DNA from: a virus
Virus record (IMG/VR): IMGVR_UViG_3300044641_010328
Location: 26,979 to 90,978 of that record
Reading direction: 5' to 3' (one strand)
Length of the DNA: 64,000 nt
Part shown: piece after piece, positions 28,364 through 37,225 of the stretch
Numbering within the stretch: position 1 is the first letter of the stretch
How the letters are laid out: each line of letters starts with the position of its first letter
Translations under genes and position numbers: made by a program
Notes under the pieces: generated by a model
What the model saw: only the letters and a program-made list of their open reading frames with translations
Told to the model about the DNA's origin: nothing
Database searches by the model: none

Positions 28364-28735
28364 CTAGTATTTACTCTTAATCCTATCGTGAATGATCCTA
28401 TCTTTATTAACGTACGCCTCAAAAAGCTCATCAGGCGTAACTCCCATAATAATCAGAAGAGAGAGGAAGTAGTTAAAAGAGTCAACCATCTCCTCCTTGA
28501 ATGCGGCTCGATCAAAATCGCGAATCTCTGTCTGTCGATGAGACTTTGCGTTCTTTAGCTCTTGCACTGCCTCAAAGACCTCTTCGACACCACGAAGTGC
28601 AAGATCTCTGAGATGTTGCTGTGTAGCCTTGTTTGTCAGATCGACAGGCATCTCTGGATAGACATCTGGGACCTGCTTCTGCAAGGCTGTCATGAAGTCC
28701 TTGCGAAGTTCAAACATTTGATCGAGCTTGTCCAA
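28364..28735 (-). CDS. all-alpha dNTP pyrophosphatase (T4 gp56 dCTPase/dUTPase-like)
   Basis: EEVFEA, EEMVD..YF and GVTPDELFEAY..K....R...Y motifs; TTG start. Confidence 0.8.
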   Translation of the reverse strand: MDKLDQMFELRKDFMTALQKQVPDVYPEMPVDLTNKATQQHLRDLALRGVEEVFEAVQELKNAKSHRQTEIRDFDRAAFKEEMVDSFNYFLSLLIIMGVTPDELFEAYVNKDRIIHDRIKSKY

Positions 28736-28736
28736 T

Positions 28737-28976
28737 TTAGTCCTCTAGAGACTCAGGTGGAGACATTGCGGCAATTGCAGCAATCATTCGGTTAAGGCTC
28801 TCATCAAATTTGCTGAGATAGGCGGGATCAGGAGAAAGCTGCTCTCGCTCATCGACAACCAGGCGAATCGTCCTGAGGTTGTCAACGATGTCAGTGCCTG
28901 ATAGAATCGCGATCTGAAGAAGTCGTGCAATCTGTGAGATTGTGTCATCTGATAGTCCATAAGTCGTTGTTGCCAT
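28737..28976 (-). CDS. hypothetical protein
   Basis: 79 aa ORF with AGGA RBS. Confidence 0.75.
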   Translation of the reverse strand: MATTTYGLSDDTISQIARLLQIAILSGTDIVDNLRTIRLVVDEREQLSPDPAYLSKFDESLNRMIAAIAAMSPPESLED

Positions 28977-28985
28977 TTGTTTTCC

Positions 28986-29789
28986 TTATTTCTGAATTTC
29001 TGGGATCCAAAAGGTAGTCCGTCCGTCCTTCGTCGTCTCTCTCTTTACCTCTCTACCTTCTGGATCCTTGGGCTGATTGTAGACTGCAAAGCGGCGACTG
29101 TAATCTCCCTTTTGTCCATCAAAACCTGAAAATGTGTAGATGGTGGCGCCACCAGTCTCATATGACTTCCTAATAACATTCTTAATCACAGAATTGAGTG
29201 TTTTCAACTCATCTTCAGATAAGGTGTTAGTTTCTCTATGGGGACTGAGTCTGCTAAAATACAAGCATTCAGACTTTAGATAGTTTCCTACTCCGCTAAT
29301 TACAGACTGATCCATAAGAACTTCTGCTAGCGTTCTATTCTTCTTCTTAATAGATCTAATAAAGACAGCGTCTGATACATCTTCAGCAAGCATATCTGGA
29401 CCTAAAGTCTTCAGCTTCGCTGCCAGCGAATCTTTTTTGTCAATTAGTTTTAATGTGCCGAAGTTTCTCATATCATTGAAGTAGATCTCTCCTCCGTCGT
29501 CCAAATCAAACTGAATCCTGCTGTGCTTTCTCTCAACAGCTGACCAGCTTCCAGTCATTCCTAAAGTGTTGAAAATATGCATCCCATTGTCAAGACTGAT
29601 GTAGATGAATTTTCCCTTACAGCCAACTTCAGAAACTTTGACATTCAGAAAATGATTCAGACTTTCCCATCCTTCAGGATTCTTCTTTGTGTAGCGTCCT
29701 GATAGAATTCTCATATCAGAAATCTTCTTGTTCAAGATTCTTTCACGAATCCCGTCAGATACAACTTTTACCTCTGGGCCCTCTGGCAC
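28986..29789 (-). CDS. mutM: Fpg/Nei DNA glycosylase (zincless-finger type)
   Basis: PEGPE N-terminus, KGK, LGMTG, D.R.FG, LMDQ..ISGVGNY and GRTTFW.P motifs; no Cys zinc finger. Confidence 0.92.
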   Translation of the reverse strand: MPEGPEVKVVSDGIRERILNKKISDMRILSGRYTKKNPEGWESLNHFLNVKVSEVGCKGKFIYISLDNGMHIFNTLGMTGSWSAVERKHSRIQFDLDDGGEIYFNDMRNFGTLKLIDKKDSLAAKLKTLGPDMLAEDVSDAVFIRSIKKKNRTLAEVLMDQSVISGVGNYLKSECLYFSRLSPHRETNTLSEDELKTLNSVIKNVIRKSYETGGATIYTFSGFDGQKGDYSRRFAVYNQPKDPEGREVKRETTKDGRTTFWIPEIQK

Positions 29790-29803
29790 GTAACCTCCTA
29801 ATT

Positions 29804-30226
29804 TTATTGACTATTTACCCATCGCCAGTAATTCTTCAGCGCACCGTCCTTGGGCTCTGGAATCTTTGACCACGCATGATTACAGAAGATCTTGTATGCT
29901 GCAGCAGCGTAATCTCCGATCCCATACAGATCTTTCGGATCTCTCTTATCCCACGTCAGATAGTCCTGTGACATCTTGACAAGAGTCTTGCTTCTCCGAT
30001 CTCCGAGACCAAGATCCTTGATTAGATCTCTGACTTCTTCAGTGCTTGCATTCGCAGCGTCCTTTGCAGTTGGCCACCGATCAAAGAACTGCCACATAAG
30101 TGGTTCAGCTTCGACACGCTTTGTCAGATTGCAGAAAATACAAACAACAAAAACACGCCAAGGATCATCCTGGACGTGTTCTTGAATGAGGTTGTAGGGT
30201 GAACGCGGTGCGTGCATACCATACAA
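29804..30226 (-). CDS. MBD4-like HhH G:T/G:U mismatch glycosylase
   Basis: SPYNLIQE..DPW..CIF.N.T, LGL..R, LYGIGDYA and P.D..L..Y..W match the MBD4 glycosylase domain. Confidence 0.8.
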   Translation of the reverse strand: MYGMHAPRSPYNLIQEHVQDDPWRVFVVCIFCNLTKRVEAEPLMWQFFDRWPTAKDAANASTEEVRDLIKDLGLGDRRSKTLVKMSQDYLTWDKRDPKDLYGIGDYAAAAYKIFCNHAWSKIPEPKDGALKNYWRWVNSQ

Positions 30227-30277
30227 TAAAGCAAAAATAAACGTTTTACAAGTCGAGACTCGCTAGACGCTCTTAGA

Positions 30278-30535
30278 TCACTTCTTTAAAAGTGTTCCTG
30301 CCCATTTTGGTGCTTGTCCAACGTAAACCTTGAGAGCGTACTTATGAGCTTGACGTCTACCTTGATCTTTCTCTTTCATCGCATGATGCACAACAGAGCT
30401 GTAGATTGACTTGAATCGACGATGCTCTTTGTCAATATCATCTTCATTTCTGTCTGATTTTTCAAGCAGAACTCTAAAGAATCTTATCACTCTGCTTGTG
30501 ATCTTATCAGGCTTTGGCGCGTACTTCGATGGCAT
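30278..30535 (-). CDS. basic hypothetical protein
   Basis: 85 aa ORF; GATAGTTA 6 nt upstream of the ATG. Confidence 0.65.
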   Translation of the reverse strand: MPSKYAPKPDKITSRVIRFFRVLLEKSDRNEDDIDKEHRRFKSIYSSVVHHAMKEKDQGRRQAHKYALKVYVGQAPKWAGTLLKK

Positions 30536-30544
30536 AAATCCTAA

Positions 30545-30799
30545 CTATCGATGCCTGCCGCAGTGAATGTGTCCATCTCTGTGTCGGTGGCAATCTCTAG
30601 CTGGAGCAGGCGGAGATACGTGACGAATTTGTGCTGGAGCCCATCGTCCTGGAACCCAGTATCCCCATCGATCATAGTGACCTGGCACCCAGCGCGAGGC
30701 TGGAGCTGTGTACACGACAACCTGAGCGTAATGTGCCGGTGGATGCTCAACAGGGTGAGCGTGTGCCATGCAAGCAAAGAGAAGTCCAACTAAAAACAT
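30545..30799 (-). CDS. small secreted/lipoprotein-like protein with WXXGXW repeats and a His-rich tail
   Basis: LLFAC lipobox-like motif, WVPGHY and WVPGRW repeats; AGGAGG RBS. Confidence 0.7.
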   Translation of the reverse strand: MFLVGLLFACMAHAHPVEHPPAHYAQVVVYTAPASRWVPGHYDRWGYWVPGRWAPAQIRHVSPPAPARDCHRHRDGHIHCGRHR

Positions 30800-30840
30800 T
30801 TTGCCTCCTAATATTAATACCGGCTAAGCCAGCAAAATAT

Positions 30841-31473
30841 TCAATAGCCAAATGCTTCAATTGTGTCTCGGAATGGGTTTCCTGGAATTTCTTTGACCTG
30901 ACTTAGCATGTCCTCTGCAAGCCAGCAAATCTCTCTCTGTGCATCTGGCTTCAATCGAAGCCCAAGAAAATGCGAGAATGATCGCCAGTTGAACATAACG
31001 TCCATTGTGATCTGATTTCCATATGGAAGGTAGAAACGTGCAGATTCCTTTGCTCGCTTCCTGCTCATTCCGCCATCAACAAGGCGCCTGAGTGTGTCAT
31101 GATATCGCATGATTGCGTCTTCCATGAAGGCAATGTACCGAGACTGCTCTTCCAGGGGCCAATCTTTGGGAAGATAGTACTTGTCATCCTTCAGCTCCTT
31201 GTACCTCGCTGACTCAGCATTGATTGAGACGCCAATTCTATGCTTTAGTAGCTGAATGTGCGTTGCACAGTCGACAGTTGCGAGAAAGTGCAAAGAGCTT
31301 TTCTCAAATGGCGTCTCGTGACCATTTTCAGCCAGCATCCTTAGAAGCGCCGGAATTCTTTCATGCTTTTCAGGTGTAAGATCTCGGCTTGTGCTTGTCC
31401 ACGCTGATAGCGCATGAACATCATCGCCGCCGTACCACCCGACTAGCTCAACCTTGTTTTCTTGAAATGACAC
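30841..31473 (-). CDS. thyX: FAD-dependent thymidylate synthase ThyX (canonical type)
   Basis: GHETPFE, KHR..ESARY, ARFYLP and N.RS..HF..LR...AQ.EI motifs. Confidence 0.92.
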   Translation of the reverse strand: MSFQENKVELVGWYGGDDVHALSAWTSTSRDLTPEKHERIPALLRMLAENGHETPFEKSSLHFLATVDCATHIQLLKHRIGVSINAESARYKELKDDKYYLPKDWPLEEQSRYIAFMEDAIMRYHDTLRRLVDGGMSRKRAKESARFYLPYGNQITMDVMFNWRSFSHFLGLRLKPDAQREICWLAEDMLSQVKEIPGNPFRDTIEAFGY

Positions 31474-31678
31474 TTCTAATCCTCTCTCTAATGTTTTTAT
31501 CCCAGATTAGCTCAAAGATCCATTGCAAAAACGTGAGTGACAAACCTGACACAAGCACCATGGTTGAAGAAACCAAAATGTCGCCGGTAAACAGATAAGT
31601 CACCCATGTTCCAAATAGCATTGAGAATGCACGCCACACAGCTGTCTTGATGAGGAGCTCAATACTATTTGAATCCAT
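31448..31678 (-). CDS. DUF2061-like small membrane protein
   Basis: KT..WR......Y..TG.....E..W pattern with two hydrophobic helices; start at the ATG overlapping the GS stop. Confidence 0.65.
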   Translation of the reverse strand: MDSNSIELLIKTAVWRAFSMLFGTWVTYLFTGDILVSSTMVLVSGLSLTFLQWIFELIWDKNIRERIRSVISRKQG

Positions 31679-32694
31679 CAAGATGCTTCCAGGAGCAGCC
31701 TTGTCACTGTGTAAGGATCCATGTTGGCACATGGACGTCTATCTTCGAAATATCCGCATCCTGCCTTTGAAACGTGAAGCGGGATTCTAATAGAAGCACC
31801 TCGATCGGAAACACCGCACCTAAATTCCTTGTAAGAGCATGTCTCGTGTTGTCCTGTTAGGCGCTGCTCAATTCCGTGGCCATAATACGGAATATAGTCG
31901 TCATGCAATCGCCGGAGTATGCTTAGAATTCGATCGATCTCTGCCATTCCTCCTTCCTCATCGCGCGTTGCGGCTGTTGACCAGTTTGTGTGAGCGCCTG
32001 CTCCATTGAGCTCGCGAACAGGCTTTGGATCTAGCTTGGCATTTATTCCGTAGTCCTCTCCTATCCGGTAGAGGAGCCACCTTGCAAGCCACAGATGGTC
32101 AGACACGACAACGGGATCACCTGTTCCAATCTGGAACTCCCATTGACCAGGCATAACCTCAGCATTGACACCGCAAATCATGAGCTCAGCATCCATGCAG
32201 GCTTTCATGTGCGCCTCTACGAGATCTCTTCCGCACACCTCGTCAGCGCCTACACCGCAGTAGTAGGGCCCCTGCTGTGGTGGGTAACCTCCCGTAGGCC
32301 ATCCTAGTGGAGTTCCACCTCTAAAAAGTGTATACTCCTGTTCAATTCCGCATAATGGAATCTTTGATCCCTTTCGCTCCATTAGCCTGACCAGGTGATG
32401 TCGTGTGTTAGTTCGATGGGGAGTTCCGTCTGCATTGTAGACTTCACACAGAACTAGAATTGCAGGCCTTTCCTTTGATCGAATTGGATCCTTACAGAAT
32501 GAGACAGGAAATAGAATGCAATCACTCTTGTCACCGGGAGCCTGTCCTGTCGATGATCCATCAAATGTCCACTGTGGAACATCAGATATTGATAGCTTTT
32601 CTCCTGAAAATGGAAAAATCTTGGTCTTGCTTCTTAGCTTGGACGTGGGTGTAGTCCCGTCTATCCAGATGTACTCTGCGATTATGTTTACCAT
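31678..32694 (-). CDS. glnII: glutamine synthetase type II
   Basis: AEYIWIDG, FDGSST, QGPYYCGVG, NAEVMPGQWEFQIG, NGAGAH, RLTG.HET and EDRRP motifs. Confidence 0.95.
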   Translation of the reverse strand: MVNIIAEYIWIDGTTPTSKLRSKTKIFPFSGEKLSISDVPQWTFDGSSTGQAPGDKSDCILFPVSFCKDPIRSKERPAILVLCEVYNADGTPHRTNTRHHLVRLMERKGSKIPLCGIEQEYTLFRGGTPLGWPTGGYPPQQGPYYCGVGADEVCGRDLVEAHMKACMDAELMICGVNAEVMPGQWEFQIGTGDPVVVSDHLWLARWLLYRIGEDYGINAKLDPKPVRELNGAGAHTNWSTAATRDEEGGMAEIDRILSILRRLHDDYIPYYGHGIEQRLTGQHETCSYKEFRCGVSDRGASIRIPLHVSKAGCGYFEDRRPCANMDPYTVTRLLLEAS

Positions 32695-32701
32695 TTTTCA
32701 C

Positions 32702-33304
32702 CTATTCAAACTTGTACTTCACATCAACATTGATCTTCATGTCTGGAAGTCGAACATGATTTGCTAGACCGTGACTTAGCGCTTCATTTGCATCAAGATA
32801 CCAGTCAGCATGGCTCTTTTCATGAATAATGTTGAGGAAATATTCGGGCTCCTTTCCGCAGTTGGCTGCCATCATTCGATATACTTTCTGATTTAGGCGC
32901 TCTGCCTCCTTTGAGTCAGCCTTGATATCCTCAATCTTTCCAATGGCGCCAGATGAAACATCGTGAATCATGATGGTGGCATCGGGATCCATAAACCTAT
33001 ATCCCTGTGTCCCAAAGGAAAACAGGATAGCGCCACAGCTCATTGCCTTGCCTTCAACAATTGTTGCAACAGCTGTCCGGGACGACTTGATATTCCCAAT
33101 CATTGACATGAGAGAATAGACCTGGCCGCCATAAGAATCAATGATGATTGGAATGACAGGCTGACCTGTTGACTGTGCCAAGGACATCTGCTGTGCAAAT
33201 TCCTTGGCGGAGTCTTCATCGAACTTATTGACCCGAATTACAACAGGGCTGGATCGAAGCTCAATTTCCTTGACGAGGGGAGACACACACGTGATTATGT
33301 TCAT
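32702..33304 (-). CDS. clpP: ClpP-family serine protease
   Basis: IDSYGG.V, AMSCG (catalytic Ser), MIHD and D.YL...EA...GL motifs. Confidence 0.88.
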   Translation of the reverse strand: MNIITCVSPLVKEIELRSSPVVIRVNKFDEDSAKEFAQQMSLAQSTGQPVIPIIIDSYGGQVYSLMSMIGNIKSSRTAVATIVEGKAMSCGAILFSFGTQGYRFMDPDATIMIHDVSSGAIGKIEDIKADSKEAERLNQKVYRMMAANCGKEPEYFLNIIHEKSHADWYLDANEALSHGLANHVRLPDMKINVDVKYKFE

Positions 33305-33339
33305 GGATACAAAGATACCACGTGTGTGGCTGTTTTATC

Positions 33340-35826
33340 CTACCCGCACTTGGAGTATGAGCAATTCTTGCAAGAAAGGCATCCTTCCTGGTACACGAGC
33401 TCGGTATTTCCACATTGCGGACAGCCTTTCTCTGAGGATGCTGTTCCATCCTTGATGTAACCCTTTAGAACCCGGGCAATGACCCGAGCAAAGGAGAACA
33501 TGTCGCTGCTCTTGTCCTTCTGTAGCTGCTCAACAACGTAATGAAGAGGAACCTCATGGCGTAGAGCAAGAGATACAGTCCGAGAAAAAGCGCCTTGTGT
33601 TGGATTATTGAAGAGGTTGATGATGTCCTTGAAAACAAGATTTTCATCATCTCCAACAGGAACATGAAGATTGTACGTTGTTATTCCGTCACGCTTCCCG
33701 TTCTTTATGAGCATGCCTGACTTGTACTTCTTTGGGATTTCAATATTCTCAGGAATCCCGCAGAATACCTCGTAAGGCTTTCCGTCGTTGAGCCCTACAA
33801 GAACAAGCCAGGATTCAGAGATATCTCCGTTCCTAACATTGGCACGGTGAATATCGCACGGCAATGACTTTGAACGCTTTGGAATAAGCCTGCCGTCTTC
33901 CGGCTTCTTCTCCTTCTTTGGCTCATCAGCAGCTACAAGAACTCCTGTTCGACATCCGTCCCTGTATACCGTGAACCCCTTGCAACCGGACTTCCACGCC
34001 TGAAGGTAGACATCGTTGACTGTCTCACGAGTCGCAGAGTTCGGGAGGTTGCAGGTCTTGGAGATCGAGTGATCGATCCACTCCTGCGCAACTGCCTGGA
34101 TCTCTACGGACTTCATCCAGTCGATGTCATTGGCAGTTCCGCCCCAGTATGGGCTCTCCTTCGGGTCAGTCTTGCCTGTGACGTCCATCCACTTCTTGAA
34201 CCAGTGGTGATAGACCGTGTACTCCTGCCACTTGTCTCCCAAGGGATCCACGAAGTCAACTCTGGATGTGAGGTCGCCCTGCGTGATCTTGCGGCGGCGC
34301 TTGTAGGAGAGGAGGAAGGCGGGCTCGATGCCGGATGTCGTACGGGTAAGACAAGAGACAGAACCGACCGGAGCGGTGGTGGTGAGGGCGATGTTACGAC
34401 GACCTGTTTCCTTCCACATCTTGGTGTAATCACCATTGCAAGAGGTGATCACCTTCTTCAGGTAGACGTGGTCCTTCTCCTTCTCGTAGTCCCACACAGG
34501 GAATGCTCCGCGCTCTTTCGCCATGATGAGAGAGGATCGGTGAGCACCAACTGCGAGCGCCTTATAGATCTCTCTGGTGATGTCGATGGAACAGTTATCA
34601 CCATAGCGTGCATTGAGAGCCGCGATTGCATCTCCAAGCCCTGTCACTCCGAGGCCTGTGCGACGACCGTTAGTCCCTGCAGCTCGAATCTTTTCCCACA
34701 AGTCCCGCTCGATCTGCTTCACATGCTTTGGCTGTGGATCTTTCTCAATCTTCTCAAGAATGCGATCAACGCACTCAACTTCAAGATCGACAAGGTCATC
34801 CATCAGCCGCTGCGCCTTCATCACGACTGTGTTGAAACGATCGAAGTCAAAACGAGCATTATCAGTGAAGGGATCCTTCACGAAAGAAGTGAGATTGACG
34901 ACCATGAGACGACATGAATCGTATGGACTGAGGGGAATCTCACCGCAAGGGTTCGTGGAGATTGTCTTGTAACCGACATCGCGGTAGCAATCGACGATAC
35001 CATGATTGACCACTGTATCCCAAAAGAGGGCACCGGGTTCTGCAGAGGCCCAAGCAGCATCGACGAACTTGTCCCATACCTGCTTCGCGTCGATCATCTT
35101 CACAATTTCAGCGTCTTCTGGGTGAGCCTCGACTGGCCACCGAAGGCAGAAGCCAACGTTGCTCTCGACCGCCTGCATGAATTCGTCGGTGAACCGGATC
35201 GAGATGTTGGCACCTGTGACCTTCTTCAGGTCGCGCTTGATGTCGATGAATGTCTCGATCTCCGGGTGGCGACAGTCAATGGTGAGCATGAGTGCGCCAC
35301 GACGTCCACCCTGCGCCACCTCGCGCGTGGAATTGGAGAACCTCTCCATGAAAACACCAATACCGTCCGTGGTCCGAGCAGCATTGGACGTAGGCTGCCC
35401 CTTCGGGCGTATGGTTGAGATGTCAAACCCGACCCCTCCGCGCCGCTTCATGATCTGGACCTGCTCCTGATCTGTGAAGAGAATACCTGCGTAGCTATCA
35501 TGGGGCTGGTCAACCACAAAGCAGTTTGAGAGAGACTGCAGCTGATGTGGATTTCCGATTCCTGACATCGGTGACCCCTGCGGAACTACATCAGCAAAGT
35601 TCTTGAGCAGGCTGTAAATTTCTTCCTCGCTCATCGGATTTGGATACTTTGCCTCAATTCTTGCAAACTCGCTTGCAAGACGACGGTGCATCATGTCAGG
35701 GTTTGTTTCTAAAAGATGATCACCATCCCTTAGAGCGTATTTCATAAAAACATCGGGTGCTAGCTCATCACCTTCGAAGTACTCGTTTGTCTCTCGAAGG
35801 GCCCGATCTTTGACTGACTCAGACAT
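33340..35826 (-). CDS. nrdJ: class II (B12-dependent) ribonucleotide reductase
   Basis: SNCFV, GGRRGA, TNPCGE, T.APVGS, GIEP and KGFTVYRDG motifs; C-terminal TSCPD-like region and zinc ribbon. Confidence 0.93.
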   Translation of the reverse strand: MSESVKDRALRETNEYFEGDELAPDVFMKYALRDGDHLLETNPDMMHRRLASEFARIEAKYPNPMSEEEIYSLLKNFADVVPQGSPMSGIGNPHQLQSLSNCFVVDQPHDSYAGILFTDQEQVQIMKRRGGVGFDISTIRPKGQPTSNAARTTDGIGVFMERFSNSTREVAQGGRRGALMLTIDCRHPEIETFIDIKRDLKKVTGANISIRFTDEFMQAVESNVGFCLRWPVEAHPEDAEIVKMIDAKQVWDKFVDAAWASAEPGALFWDTVVNHGIVDCYRDVGYKTISTNPCGEIPLSPYDSCRLMVVNLTSFVKDPFTDNARFDFDRFNTVVMKAQRLMDDLVDLEVECVDRILEKIEKDPQPKHVKQIERDLWEKIRAAGTNGRRTGLGVTGLGDAIAALNARYGDNCSIDITREIYKALAVGAHRSSLIMAKERGAFPVWDYEKEKDHVYLKKVITSCNGDYTKMWKETGRRNIALTTTAPVGSVSCLTRTTSGIEPAFLLSYKRRRKITQGDLTSRVDFVDPLGDKWQEYTVYHHWFKKWMDVTGKTDPKESPYWGGTANDIDWMKSVEIQAVAQEWIDHSISKTCNLPNSATRETVNDVYLQAWKSGCKGFTVYRDGCRTGVLVAADEPKKEKKPEDGRLIPKRSKSLPCDIHRANVRNGDISESWLVLVGLNDGKPYEVFCGIPENIEIPKKYKSGMLIKNGKRDGITTYNLHVPVGDDENLVFKDIINLFNNPTQGAFSRTVSLALRHEVPLHYVVEQLQKDKSSDMFSFARVIARVLKGYIKDGTASSEKGCPQCGNTELVYQEGCLSCKNCSYSKCG

Positions 35827-35857
35827 TTACAGCTCCTTGGGAATCATTATACCCGAA

Positions 35858-37225
35858 CTACTTACCGTTAATCTCTTTCCACTTCTCTTTAAGAAGAGTT
35901 TTCATTGATGTTCCATCTGCCTTAACCACGTCGTTGAGTGACATCTCATCCGCGTTGAGCAGCGTGAACTTTGACATGGAAGTATCTATCTGCATGGGAA
36001 ACAACATTCCGTCACGGCCTGCTCGATTCTTGGCAACAAAGATGCGACCAGTACCGGTTGATTTTTCATTTGGCTTTCGAGAGATGGAAAGAACAACGTC
36101 AGCAACCATCGCTTTGCCATATGCTTCAGACATGTTTTCGAGACCGACGATGTCTGCGTTAGAGGCGTCTCGATTTGCCTGTGATGCAGTCCAGATTGGA
36201 ATGCTCATCTCCATGGACATGTTTCGAAGCTCTTCATAGACAAGCTTTAGCTCATGTCGTAGAGAATCAAAGCTCCTAGATGACTTCATGATATCTGCAT
36301 AGTCAATGATCACAACACTCGGTACAAATCCCTTGAGAAGAAGCTTTTCTATATGATTACGCAGAGTCTGAACTGACGGAGTACCAGTAGGATACTCCTT
36401 AATAATAAGCCTTCCGAGTTGCGTATCCTTGTAGAAGTCAAGCACCTCTTGCTTGCGATCGATCACTTCATTGCTTGGAATGCTGCAGAGGTTAGAATCA
36501 TATCGAAGTCCGACTGCGGACTCTGTGAGCTCAAAGGTGTAATGCACCACATTCTTGCCGACTCGCAAAGCTTCTGCACCCATCTGGACCAGGAAGTGAG
36601 ACTTTCCAACCCCGGTCGGTGCAACGACAACTCCGAGCTCTCCTCTTCCAAGACCACCATTCAGAATGTCAGGCGCATCGATCTGAAGCAATCCAGTCGG
36701 GCATACCTGTCTACGTGTTCTAACAAATCTTGCCTCGATGTCCTCGAAGAAGTCATGTCCGACGGATGCAGGAGTTCCGGCGGCCAGAGCATCTTTCATC
36801 AGCCCGACAACAGAGTCAAGATTATCAGTTGCGATCATCTCAACAGCCTTCTCAAGGGCCTCTTTCATCGCCTGCTTCTTGCAGAAATCAAGAGACTTAT
36901 CCTTGACATACTGCAGATCGCCAATGTTTGGATTGGTTCTGACTCGCTGTAAGAAGTCAATGATCTGATCCCGGAGGATCGTGTCCTTTCCTTCCCGCAG
37001 ATCATCCTTGATGATCGTGACAAGCAAGGGAAGTGTAGGAAAGTCCTTGTACTTCTGGTGATAAGAGAAGTAAGACTTGCAGAGATACTGCAGGTATTTG
37101 AGATCAAAGTACTCGGGAGTCATGATCTCAATCATCTGCATTGCCCAGGATCGATCAGTCAGGAATGCCTGAAAGATCTTTTCCTGAAACTGCTTGCCAT
37201 AGTGGCTAAAAAATGCTTCGCTCAT
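35858..37225 (-). CDS. replicative DnaB-like helicase (T4 gp41-like)
   Basis: APTGVGKS, IKEYPTG, IDYAD, TASQANR and KNR motifs. Confidence 0.93.
   Translation of the reverse strand: MSEAFFSHYGKQFQEKIFQAFLTDRSWAMQMIEIMTPEYFDLKYLQYLCKSYFSYHQKYKDFPTLPLLVTIIKDDLREGKDTILRDQIIDFLQRVRTNPNIGDLQYVKDKSLDFCKKQAMKEALEKAVEMIATDNLDSVVGLMKDALAAGTPASVGHDFFEDIEARFVRTRRQVCPTGLLQIDAPDILNGGLGRGELGVVVAPTGVGKSHFLVQMGAEALRVGKNVVHYTFELTESAVGLRYDSNLCSIPSNEVIDRKQEVLDFYKDTQLGRLIIKEYPTGTPSVQTLRNHIEKLLLKGFVPSVVIIDYADIMKSSRSFDSLRHELKLVYEELRNMSMEMSIPIWTASQANRDASNADIVGLENMSEAYGKAMVADVVLSISRKPNEKSTGTGRIFVAKNRAGRDGMLFPMQIDTSMSKFTLLNADEMSLNDVVKADGTSMKTLLKEKWKEINGK

Noticed and set aside
27437-28735. Z-genome (2-aminoadenine) or 7-deazaguanine pathway
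   Set aside because: No PurZ, QueC/D/E, FolE or DpdA gene is in the window; the associated enzymes point to pyrimidines.
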